From positions 1,625,102-1,689,101 of the forward strand of contig CAJINV010000016.1 in assembly GCA_905178155.1 (NCBI GenBank): DNA of 64,000 nucleotides. Direction: 5' to 3'. Positions 48,781-59,758 of this stretch are shown in pieces. Source of the DNA: Amoebophrya sp. A120. Taxonomy: Eukaryota > Protista > Dinoflagellata. Each line of letters starts with the position of its first letter. Within the stretch, counting starts at the first letter, position 1. The notes beneath the pieces are model-generated. The model did not search any database, was not told the origin of the DNA, and saw only the letters and a list, made by a program, of their open reading frames with translations. The position numbers and the translations under genes are program-made.

Positions 48781-51700
48781 TTACGTAACATCCGGCAGCG
48801 TGAGGCCGCTACTTCCTCCCCGTTTCATCCCAGCAGTATTACCACCAGTCACCCCACCGCCAGCTGTCCTAGGTCGCGACATGATCGGCTTGTTACCACC
48901 AGCTCCTCCTGTGCTGCTTTTCCATCCGCTGTGCGCCCAGAGTGAGCTCGGTGGGGGAGCGCCCATCCCGCGGAGTTTTTCCGGGGAGCTGGCGTCGTGG
49001 TCGTTTTCGATGTTGATTTTGTCCAAACCATCTCCCGGGTAGAACAACACTGGTCCTGCGGAATTCCTCTGCTTTGGTCCACCTAAATTCGCTGCTGACT
49101 GGCTGCCATTCATTGTCCCTCCTTTTTGCTCCATCGTTCTGAGTTCGTGCATTTTCTTTTCAAACAGAGAATTATCCTGATTGAAAACGTCCCCACACCA
49201 GACTCAATATGGGCAATCTGCTAGACAAATCAGCCAGCTTTGATTGTTTGGCATGACAAGTTTACCCTCGTAGTGTAACCCTGTTTAGCTAGTTCAGAAG
49301 CATCACAATCCAGCATAGCATGCTGATTCTAGCATCACAAATTCCAAAACACGAACAGAAACTGCCTCTCATGGGTCTCCGCATGAGAAACATTTTCAGC
49401 ATGCAGATTTGCATCACAACTCTGGGGTGGGGACGTTTTTACAAATGATACGACTTCTCACTCATTTGTTCCGGAATCGCCTTGTAGTTCACACTGTCCC
49501 TTCTCACATGCCCGGCTATGAATTGCAAAAGTAACGTACTAGCATAAATTGCAATACAAATTGGCTCAGCATTACAAATTAAATTTGTAATGCGGATTTG
49601 CCATAGGAACGAGATTTGTAATGCATAAATGCAAAGAGTACGAGTACGATACTTTTGCACAGGATACCGGCGGAGGGGTTCCTGCTCAATTGCGGCGTGT
49701 AACCTCCTCCGTCTATCGCGCTGGACATCCCTATGCATTGCAAATAACGTATCGCACTCGTATTAATTGCAAATATGCATGACAATTTTGTTTTTCCTAG
49801 GGCGAAACCGCATTACAAATTCCACTTTCCTTCTTGCCAAAATTTAAATTTGTGATGCATTTTATACTAGTACGATAACGATATCTTTGCAATGCATAAT
49901 CCCAGTACCCGTCCGATTCTTCGACGCGGCGCGACTTGACTGCCCGGAATTCGGTCCACTGGAGCCGGTGAACGGGAATTTTCCGGAGACGGAATTTTCG
50001 TTATCCAGCGTAAAAGTACGTATTGCACTGCAGCTCGCGCACGACAATATGCTCTGCTCTCTTTACCTGATTCTTTCTGCATGACAGAATTCATTTTTGC
50101 ATCTGGAAATAAAATTTGTCATGCAATTCCGACTTCAGACGGTACTTTTGTATTGCATATTCCTGATCCAAGGCCCATCTCATCGACGTCCTTCTCCCGA
50201 CTGCTCCGGTGGACGTCGCCGCGGAGTAAGGTCTACTCGGCGCGGCAGAGGAGAGATTTCCGCCCGCGGTGGAGGGTCGAGTTGATCCGCGGCTGCTGTC
50301 GCCGTGTTGACCATGACCACCAGGAACAGCAGCTCCGGAACTACCACCACCATAGGTCCCCGCAGCCCGGTATTTGCTCAAGTGGTCTCCGATGTTCCTG
50401 TTCGAAGCACTTGTTGTCAAATGCGGCATCCGCTGCCCCAGCAGGTTGAATTCGTACTCATCATTCGGATCTAATTCCGGCTCCCTCGCACCGTTCGGGT
50501 AGCTGAACTGTTGCAAGACCTGGGAAATCGGGGCGTTCAGCAAGTTGTCTTCCGACATGAGGCGGTTGTTTGCCGACGAAGAGGATGTTGCACCACCTCC
50601 ACCACCGCTTGATGTTCCACCACTTCCATCCGTCGTCCCAGCCTGCGGTAGATGGACTTGCAAGGTTGCGTTTTGAAACACCCCATCTGGACCACCAGAA
50701 GTTCCGTTCATCCCTCCATGCCTCGTCGTCGGCGGAGAGGAAGACCCCCTCGTCATGGTGCTGTTGTGTCGGTCTCTTGGACTCCTACTCGCGGACGGCG
50801 GTCTGATCATGTCCGCCTTGTCCCAAATCAGCTCCTCACCGGTGTAAACCGGCCCGCCCCGCACCGGCGTTGTCCGCAACTGCGGGATCACGCCGAAGTT
50901 CGTGCCCTATCCAAGAAAAAAACATTGTAGGTGTAACTTTTTTGGAGGAACAGCATTACAAATCTGTCTGGCATGACAGCAAAAACCTGTCATGCGCAGA
51001 TAGTACGTGAAAACGCCCTTTAATGGACCCTACCATGCATGCCAAGCATGACAGACGCAATCACTTTGCATGTTGCGCATCACAAATTTATACTAACAAC
51101 GTTTTTTTCGTGGGATATGCCCGGGTCACCTTTTACTGTGTCTCCTCGCATCGTCGGAGAATGTATCGTACGAAAAAAGCGTTTCACTGTAAGGATTTTG
51201 CAAGTTTGGCATGACAAGTTCGTTACACATGACAGGGAAAACTTGCCATGCGAGGTTCCTAAGGGAAAACACAGCTAAAAATCGCCTGTCTTGCATGTGT
51301 AGCAAGACAAACACTTCTGAGATACAGTTTCTGCATTACAAGTTTACAGTGAAACAGTGTTTTCTTGCGATAGAATGCGCGGGCGGGCTACTCCCGCGGG
51401 GCGCGTAGCTCGTGATGCTCAACCCCGGGCGACCGGAGGAGCTTATGAACTGCAAAAATGTCTGGGTCTGGAAACTTGTAATGCTAAGAATGAATGATAG
51501 ACGCACTGCAACAAGCAGCTATGCATGACAAATTTTTTGGCTGCCATGTCTTACGTATTCCGCATGGCAAACTGCGTTTTTGCATGACAGATACGAGGGC
51601 TTTTTCGTACCTATGCAACACAGATTCTCGAGTCATGCCAGACAAGCATGACAAACTTGCATTCTTCCAGACCCAGACATTTTTGCAATCCATAGAGCTG

Positions 51701-54700
51701 GGGCGGGACCGGCCTTCGGAGGAAAACTTCTGGGCGGTTTCTCGGAAGTCAAGGGGGCCGAAGTTCGCGACGCCAGGCATGAAGTTGTTGTGCACCGGGT
51801 AGCGATGGAGGTCGTCCACACTGTTTTTTGTGATAGTACAGTACAAATTTTGCACAAAATTATCATAGATTCTGAATCTATCAAATCAAAAAAGAGCTTT
51901 AGTGCACTAGATCGTATGACATACGATCTAGTGCACTAAATGCGTTTCTTCAAATCAAAATCCTCAAATAAATCGTAACAATACGTCAACGGCCTGTCCC
52001 GTTCACTCGTGAACGTCCCACTCGGCCCGGAAATCGGCCTCACTCGCGGTCCTATCGTCTCCGGTAGCTGAGTTGGCACACCCATCGGATACAGGGTGTC
52101 GAGCTGCTCGCGGGCACGCTTCAGAAGCTCGCCCTGATAGTTCTTTTCATATTCAGTAGAGTTTGAGTTTGCATATGCAAATTCATGCATGAATCGACGA
52201 TCCGAGAAAAATTATTTGCCATGCACAGAATCTTCAAGCATGTCCTCGGCAAAACATCAACTTTTGAAGTATACGTCTGTCAGCGAGTTCCCCCATCGGT
52301 TGTGTTGCGAAATTTCTTTCTGCTCCTTCCTTAATTTCGCCAACTCGTCCGCCAGGTAGATTTGGTAGGCCGCCTGCTGCTCCGCTTTCTCCTGTTTTCG
52401 CTTCAAGTGCCCCATTATCAAATGCAAAAATGTCTGGGTCTGGGAGATTGCAAGACTTGTCATGCATATTTTGCATGATCCATAACGCCTGTAATGCATG
52501 GCCTAGCCTCACAGATTTTTAGAGCGCTTCCTCATGCCTATTCCGCATGACAAATGCCATCTCGGCGGAGCACAAAATCTACTCCCCTTGGTGGTCATGC
52601 AATGCAAATCTTTTTCGAATTCAGAGACAGCATCACAAGTTTAGAATCTTCCAGACCCAGACATTTTGACATTTGATACCCATGTCGTCCTCGTACTGGA
52701 TCAAGTCGACCAGTTGCTCCTATCAAAAGAAAAAAGTTCGTCGCGATCACTCATCGGCATTTTTGCAATACAAAAAATGCCTGTCATGCGTAAAAATGCA
52801 TCACAGCCAAACTTCATAAGGGATTTCCCTTGTGTTTCTGCAATACAAGGAAAAGTTGTGATGCTAAAAAAATTTGTAATGCAAAATTTCCAAGGCAGTG
52901 ACTGTGACAAACTTTTTTCTTTCCATAGCTCTCGCTGCATCTTCATAAACGTTTGCCTCAGCACCTCCATCCTCGTCAGCCGGTCAATGGCATCGTGGTA
53001 GAGGCGGTCGAAGACATTTTCGTGTGTGTTCTTCACGACCCAATTCAGCTGCTCACCGAGCTTCTTGCGCATCGCAAGGGCTCCTTCTCGGGCTTTCTTC
53101 GGGTCGGCGAGCAGGGCTTCGATTTGCATCTGTTGTGGTGAGAAGGTGAGGAGTTCATTTGGAATTATTTGGCATTTGTGATGATCTGCGGAAGTCGAAA
53201 TGTCAACACAATAGAAAATCCGCGAAATTTCAAAATTTTATTTTTATCGGAGCTGTGAACAGGAGAAAGACATGAGAGCTGTCAAAACACTCCATCTACG
53301 TGAAACGAAAGCCTAACCAGGTGCTGGGATACAAGCCTTCAGCTCTGGACTTTTTTCTCACAACCTTGTTCAAAACATATCCGCGAAATTTCAAAATTTC
53401 ATTTTTATCGAAAAAGCAAATCCACGGAATTTCAAAATTTTATTTTTATTCGCATCAAAAATCACAACAAGCGCGTTTCTGCTGTAGCGAAAAACACAAA
53501 AAAAAAATACTATTTTTGTACCTGCAACTCCTGCAGCGCCGCCTGTAGCTTCTCAATTTCCGCTTTTAACCGCTTGATTTCCTCATCCCTTTGCCGGATG
53601 ATCTCCAGCAATTCCTTCTCCCTATCCTCCTGTTTTCTCCTCGCGGCTTCACTGCCCTCCCCGTCGGCATATCAAATGTAAAAATGTCTGGAAGAATGCA
53701 TGTTTGTCATGCTTGTCTGGCATGACTCTCAAATCTGTCATGCACGTTACCCAAGAGCGCCATTTTTCTGCCATGCAGAAACGCAGTTTGTCATGCAGAC
53801 TAGGCAACACCTAGAAGCTCAGAAACTTCTCATGCTGAGCCAGCACTTGTGGCTTCCTCATGATATGCCACCCAGCATCACAAGTTTCCAGACCCAGACA
53901 TTTTTACATTTGATACGGCAAGTTGTTTTTTCAACTTGTCCATCTCAGCCTGCATTTCTTTCCGGACTTTGTCCTCGACGGATTTCCTCGTATCGGAATC
54001 CACATCGCTCGTGTTCCCCTTCATGCCTTTCTTCCTCGCGTTGGCCATGAACATCTTCATGGCCATCCGCTCCATCTCCGCAATAGCCTGCTCCGCGCGG
54101 GATCGCTCAGCTTCCAAGGCAATTTCGAGGTCGGCGCACTGTCGTGGCGATAGAGTGGTATGGATAAGTTTCCTCAAAAAATCGCGTGACGATGCTAAAG
54201 CTTGTCATGGACCAAACTTGTCATGGACAAACCGTGCCAAGAGTCCGTTCTGTCATGTAGATATCGCACAGTCAAACTCAAAATTCGCAAGAACAGTTCG
54301 CACTTACCTTCTGCAGCGCCTCCTTCCTCCCCTGGTGCATACTGGACATGACAGCGCGGATCATCAACATCTTCGTCCGGTACTGTTTAAAAGTAGACCC
54401 GGGCTTCGGCAACATCTTCCCGACCGCGTTCCGCAATATCGTATCCTGTCTTTGCACGGGCGCATTTGCTGCACCCGCGCCAGACCCTGCTCCACCCTCG
54501 ACGGACACTTTTCCACCAGCGGAGGACTGCTGCTGTTGCAACTTCCTGGCTTCTTCCAGTTCCTTCTCTTTCTATGCAATACAACTTTCCTGCACATGTT
54601 CATGTACAAAATGCATCACAAATTTTACCAAGTTGGAGCATGCCACTTGTCATGCTGAATAGCATTGGAAGAAAAGTTTGTCATGCAGAAACCACATTTG

Positions 54701-57504
54701 TACGTCGTGTACGGGAAATTTCCTGTGGATACTTTCGCCATCAATGCCATGTCCTTCTCCTGCTGTGCCTGTTATGCAATGCAAAAGCATCGCACTCGTA
54801 TAAATTGCATTACAAATTAGCCCAGCATTAGAAATTGAATTTATAATGCTGATTCACCTTGAGAAAGAAATTTGTAATGCATGAATGCAATTACTACGAA
54901 TACGATAGTTTTGCACAGGGTACCTGTTCCTTCGCCCGGTCTGCTTCCTCCTTCCGCCGAGCGTCTTCTTCTTCCTATGGCAGTGCACAACTCCCTCGTT
55001 TGTATTGCATGAACAGCAAGACAAGCTTCAGCAAGAATACAGGTTTCGCATGACAAATTTGGACAGGACTGTAGTGCTGTTTGAGCTGCCAGAACTTGTC
55101 ATGCATAATAGTGACAGGAGGGAAAGCGGAAATGAGATGTTTTGCATGAGAAATGAGAACGAGGGGAAATTTTGCACTCTCATACTTCCTTCTTCAGTTG
55201 CATTTCCAGCTCCTCTTCGTGGCGTTGCAGTTCCTCTTTTTCGGTAGTTTCCGCCTCGGTAATCTTGGAGAGCTCCTCTTTCAGCGATTCTGATGAGGAT
55301 TTTTATTTTTTTGTCATGCACAAACCCGCTACACTCCTGAAAAGCGATTCTAGCATGCGTAGAGGACGTTATAATAGGACGATGAATCAAGAAAAATCAC
55401 TATCCCTACTGATCTCCGTCTCAATCTCCTCCACAGCCTGACTCAGCTGCATGATCTCGCTGGGATCCGCGCCCTCCTTCCTCCTCTGCTCGAGGTGTCC
55501 CGCTTGCCGTTCCAATTGCTTTGTTCGCATGTCTATCAAATGTAAAAATGTCTGGGTCTGGAAGAATTGATGTTTGTCATGCTTGTCTGGCATGACTCTT
55601 AAATCTGTCATGCACGTTACCCAAGAGCTCCGCTTTTCTGTGATGCAGAAGCGCAGTTTGTTATGCAGAATACATAGGCAACACCTAGGAGCTCAGAAAC
55701 CTGTCATGCTGAGCCAGCATTTGTAGCCTCATCATGAGACGCCACCCAGCATCACAAGTTTCCAGACTCAGACATTTTTACTTTTGATAATGTCTAATTT
55801 CTTCTGCACCATGTCTTTCGCGGCGTGGTGCCTAGAGAGATTCAGTTTGCACGCCTGAATATTGTGCTCAATCCTGGTAACCGCGGCCGACTGTTCATTC
55901 TTCTTGCTATCTTTCGCGAAGTTGTTCATACCAGCACCGATGTTTTCCAGTTCTGTCGCATAGGCCTTCGCGAGCTCTTCCAGTTCTACGACCTGCTGCT
56001 CCAGAGCCTTTTCGCGCTCGGTGGGAGCTGGTGTGGAGATGTTGACTTTTGTTTTTCAATTTATTCATGGCGTTGAATGCATGACAAAATCCTGCTATCA
56101 TGCGTCAACCACCGACCAGCAACGCAAATTTATTCTCTACCTTTTTCCTTATCACTCTGCGCATCCGCGGCCATTTGCATCATGCTCCGTCTTCTTTCCC
56201 GTTCCACCGGATCTTGTTCGTCCTCCGCTATGCGGATATGGTGTTCTCAAGCGTTACATTCTCAACTGTTACATGAAATTTGTTATGCAAGAATGGCAAA
56301 AGTGAAAGGGAGAAGGTTGCGCCTTTTGCATTACAGGTTTGAAGTAGATTATAATGCTATTTAGCGCGTCGAAAACTTGTCATGCGAAGCAGCTTGCTCA
56401 TCTAGATGCTGGTGCCAATTTTGCATGACAAATTCATATAACAGTTGAGAATGTAACGTTTGAGAGTCCCATAGCGGAATAGCAACAGTTTCAATTTCTC
56501 TTCCACGACCTCCGCGACGAAATGCCGGAGATTGTCCGGTAAGTACCGATATGCATTGCAAAAGTATCGTATTCGTATAAATGCATTACAAATTTCCTCA
56601 GCATGACAAATACAATTTGTAATGCTGATTCACCTTGAATTGAATTGAAACAGATTTGTAATGCATGACTGCAATACGAGTACGATACTTTTGCACAGGA
56701 TAACCGAGTTGGCTCGTAAAACATCACCGGTTGCTCGTCGGGCTGGCCTGTATCCTGTGCAAAAGTATCGTAGTCGTACTAATTGCAGTATATGCATGAC
56801 AAATCTTCTTTTCAAAGTAAAACAGCATGACAGATTCCATTTCTCATGCTGAGCAAATTTGTAATGTAATTTGTACCAGTACGATACTTTTGCAGCTCAT
56901 AGCCCGTACCGTAAACCAACTCCTTGATGTGTTGGAGCTGTCTCTCATCCAAGACCCGGATCTGGTCTCGCATCGCGGTTAATTCCTTCAAATACGACCT
57001 CCGGCAATCATCTAAGTCATCACGAAACAATTCGTTTTCCTCCTTCAACTGCTCGATGATTTGCTTCGGGTGCATTTTGTTGTGCTCGTCCAGAGTTCCC
57101 TCCACCTCCCACATGAGGAGGAGAGATTTCCACATAAATTCCGCATTGAATTTCAAAACCTGTCCAGCATCGACGTTCGGTTTTATTTTGCTCATCGCAG
57201 TGTTCGTCGTTTCTTCCAAAACTTGCGCGAACTTCTCGTTCCTCTGAACCAAATTCCGCAACTCCGCTTTGTCACGGATTGACGCGGGGGTCGCCGCTAT
57301 CCCGAACCCGCGGGAAGTCTGGGGGAGGTCTTCGAGCATGCCGCCCGTTGGCGAGTTGTTTCGGTTCGATTCAGTGCCCAAAACCGTGTTCGCCCGGGTT
57401 AGTCCGGAAGTAGGGGACGCCGGCCGCGGATTGCCCGCAACGCGGGAATTTTGCAGCAACGGGGGCGCAGGCCCCGTGGAGCTGTAGGAGGGGGTGCTCG
57501 GCAT
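48781..57504 (-). CDS. Large coiled-coil protein of unknown function, about 24 exons (17 IR/DR plus about 6 GT-AG introns)
   Basis: One reading frame traced from ATG 57504 to stop 48781 after removing each intron; E/K/Q-rich heptad segments, Ser/Gly-rich tail. Confidence 0.75.
49173..49450. mobile_element. IR/DR introner, family D (inverted relative to 28367)
   Basis: AAAACGTCCC..CCAGA IR; DR decayed (AGAAT/CGACT); removal of element plus 5 nt gives EKSLFEKK. Confidence 0.8.
49517..49666. mobile_element. IR/DR introner, family B
   Basis: DR CCGGC; in-frame splice PSAGHVRR. Confidence 0.9.
49732..49898. mobile_element. IR/DR introner, family B-like
   Basis: TATGCATTGCAAA at both ends; DR ATCCC. 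Confidence 0.9.
50002..50159. mobile_element. IR/DR introner, family B-like (diverged)
   Basis: AAAAGTAC IR; DR TTCGT/TTCCT; splice gives DQENSVSG. Confidence 0.8.
50908..51117. mobile_element. IR/DR introner, family C
   Basis: DR TGCCC; body similar to 45110-45318. Confidence 0.9.
51164..51372. mobile_element. IR/DR introner, family C
   Basis: DR GAATG; TAAGGGAAAACACA core shared with 45110-45318. Confidence 0.9.
51444..51694. mobile_element. IR/DR introner, family E (inverted relative to 53670 and 55534)
   Basis: IR TGCAAAAATGTCTGGGTCTGGAA; DR GAGCT. Confidence 0.92.
52416..52678. mobile_element. IR/DR introner, family E
   Basis: DR CCCAT; splice gives DDMGHLKR. Confidence 0.92.
52721..52927. 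mobile_element. IR/DR introner, family A
   Basis: DR GCTCC/GCTCT; close copy of 12098-12303; splice gives MQREQLVD. Confidence 0.9.
53670..53915. mobile_element. IR/DR introner, family E
   Basis: DR CGGCA; close copy of 55534-55789 with a small deletion in the left IR. Confidence 0.92.
54573..54731. mobile_element. IR/DR introner (diverged IR)
   Basis: TAT...ATA; DR CTTTC. Confidence 0.85.
54773..54922. mobile_element. IR/DR introner, family B, GT-AG compatible
   Basis: DR CCTGT (ACAGG on the coding strand). Confidence 0.9.
54976..55184. mobile_element. IR/DR introner
   Basis: IR AGTGCA.AA..T.CCCTCGTT; DR CTTCC. Confidence 0.88.
55534..55789. mobile_element. IR/DR introner, family E
   Basis: DR ATGTC; splice gives KKLDMRTK. 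Confidence 0.92.
56237..56473. mobile_element. IR/DR introner with about 60-bp IR
   Basis: IR core CGTTACATTCTCAACTGTTA; DR GCGGA; splice gives LLFRIAED. Confidence 0.92.
56550..56702. mobile_element. IR/DR introner, family B
   Basis: DR ACCGA; reverse orientation of 45359-45503. Confidence 0.92.
56751..56901. mobile_element. IR/DR introner, family B
   Basis: DR GCCTG/GCCCG; splice gives YGTGQPDE. Confidence 0.88.
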
Positions 57505-57788
57505 TTTTAATATATTTGGAGGTGTTTTGCTTATTCGCCTGGTTGTACAGGAGCTGCTGCTATGCGCCTTGTATCTTCGCGACTTTGAAAATCACCCGCC
57601 ACGCGAGGGAGCAGGAGCGAATGTTGCAGAAGATGCCTCTTCTTTTCTTTTCGGACGTCGCGGTGTTGTATGTAGCAGGTGTGATCGATGTTCAAGAAGT
57701 TGTTCCAGCTTCAGCTTGGTTATCTAGTATCAGACGGCTTCTGCGACGTCGGAGCGTAAAAATTGACAAACCGGAGGGAACACCCCTT

Positions 57789-58151
57789 TTACGCCAGCGC
57801 GCCCCAGGCGATCCGTGCTCCGTCAGTGACTAGGGCGTGAATCAGCTCCAGCTCCTCCTCTTCGTCAACTAACAGTGGTAAAAGAAAAATCAACGAACAC
57901 GTCGCCCACCAGAGGGTGCGGAAAAACACCTGGCAGAAATACTTCTCTTCCAACTGGGCGCAGTAGTAGTAGTGGACGTATTGACAGAGGAGGAAAAGCA
58001 AAGTGTCCGGGAAAAAGTAGTAGTTGGTGATGCACAGATTCGCGGAATTCCGCCCGAACAAGATGTCCTTCACTTCCTTGAAACTGAAATCCGCAAAGGG
58101 CGACCAACGAAAGCGGGCCGAGATGCGCTCCCAAACCCGACGGGCTGGCAT
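57789..58151 (-). CDS. Possible small hydrophobic protein (120 aa), hypothetical
   Basis: ATG-started ORF on the gene-bearing strand with a hydrophobic stretch; no recognised family. Confidence 0.25.
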   Translation of the reverse strand: MPARRVWERISARFRWSPFADFSFKEVKDILFGRNSANLCITNYYFFPDTLLFLLCQYVHYYYCAQLEEKYFCQVFFRTLWWATCSLIFLLPLLVDEEEELELIHALVTDGARIAWGALA

Positions 58152-59758
58152 TGAGTTGCTATGTGTTCTTTCTGCTGGTCGCGGTCGTTCTGCGGCGCCG
58201 CAATTTCCAAAAGAACTCTTGGATGGGTTTGGAAATCGAAATCTTCAGCGTTTCGATGTTGTAAGTATAGGAAGAAAATGTCGTTAGATTTGGTTATAGC
58301 TGCAACGCAAAAGTGCAAAATTTACGTACCGATAAGACTAGAATTTTTGTGCAATTAATTCGTTCAGGCAGTTTTGCAGAAAAACGCAACGACCGCGGCC
58401 GCGGGCCTCCGAGGATTGCTTGATGTGACCAGCACCACAAAATACAACTCAACTGCAATAACACCAACGACGGAAAGCAGCTTTGCTCGCTGAATCACAA
58501 TCTTCTCAACGAGACTGATTCACCTCTCGCTCTCACTCAAGATGGCTCTATACGAATTATCGCGAAGTTCAAAACTTCTACGTGCTGCCACCAGTAATTT
58601 TTGACTTCTCTTGTCGTTCTTGTTTTCGAACTACCAACTTTGTAACGGCTCGCGATTGCGAACCGAAGTTGCCAACCCGCCGCGCCTCGCCCCCCAGAAA
58701 GCTGCATCGGGTCCGGATGGTCCCACCTCCACTTTACCTTTAGATCGGTCAGTATATCTGTTGGAGTTTGATTCACATTCATATTGAGAAAAAACCGTTT
58801 TCAACAATCCTAACATAGTTCCAAGTCTCGAGCGGCCAGTCAATAGAACTAGACCAGTGGTAGAGAAGCAACGACCTGTCTTATCACTTGCTATTTCATT
58901 CGACTGCATCTTCTTGTTGCTTGTGTGGTTTTCGTAGGTGAGAGTGAAATCTGATTCTGATACTGTTAATTCTCTTAACCATCCGGTGTTACGCACTTGC
59001 GGTACTTTATTCTCAATTTCTACAAGGATGTAAAACAATTTTCATTCGATTCCGAAGTAAAAACATCATAAGTTGACCTAGATAGTTCATCACCAGAGTT
59101 CGTTAGATTTTTTCTTTTTTATCGCACAGGCACAGCTCATTCGATATCGATTGGGAGTTTTGGGTTTGGCTTTGGCATCAGCATCACGACCCTGCTCAGG
59201 CATTCAAAAATAAAGCTAGCAAAGAAGAAACCCTTATTCATGAAGTATAGCTTTCTGGCTGTGAAACTACTGCCAGGCGAGTGCATTTTTTAAAAACCTT
59301 TCAACTTCTGCATCCATCATAAACGCAGTAGGCGGGTTCATTCGTGAAATGAAAAACCGTAATCATCCGTAGGCAGCTTTGCCCAACTTTGAAAACCCAA
59401 AACGAGTTTCGGTTTCCGTAGATGGAACATCAATACGCAAAGCTGCCAGGACAAGCTGCATCTATATTCTATCGATTCAAAAAATGATCTCATTTCGTAA
59501 AGTGCATTCGTTGGTCTTACATTTTTGAAGACAAGTACTCGAGGAAGAAACAACTACCTACTTTCTTATCATAGCGATGGATAACGATCATACATAAGAT
59601 CAAGAAACGAAATAGAAACGTCGTAAGAAAAACCTGAAACAATCCTTGCAATTATGCTCCTTCGAAAGTAATCTTAAAATGAAAAACAGTCGATTTTTGT
59701 AAATTTTCGTACAGTTCTTGCATGCAGTTCCTCTCGTTGAAACACTTTGCCCCCGCCA

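Noticed and set aside
48561-48788. Plus-strand ORF with leucine-zipper-like look
   Set aside because: Non-ATG start, lies in the 3' flank of the opposite-strand gene and contains short local repeats.
49173-56901. Repeats alternating with 40-70 bp unique spacers could suggest a CRISPR array
   Set aside because: Repeats are long, heterogeneous and IR-bounded; the spacers are in-frame exons; no cas genes; eukaryotic context.
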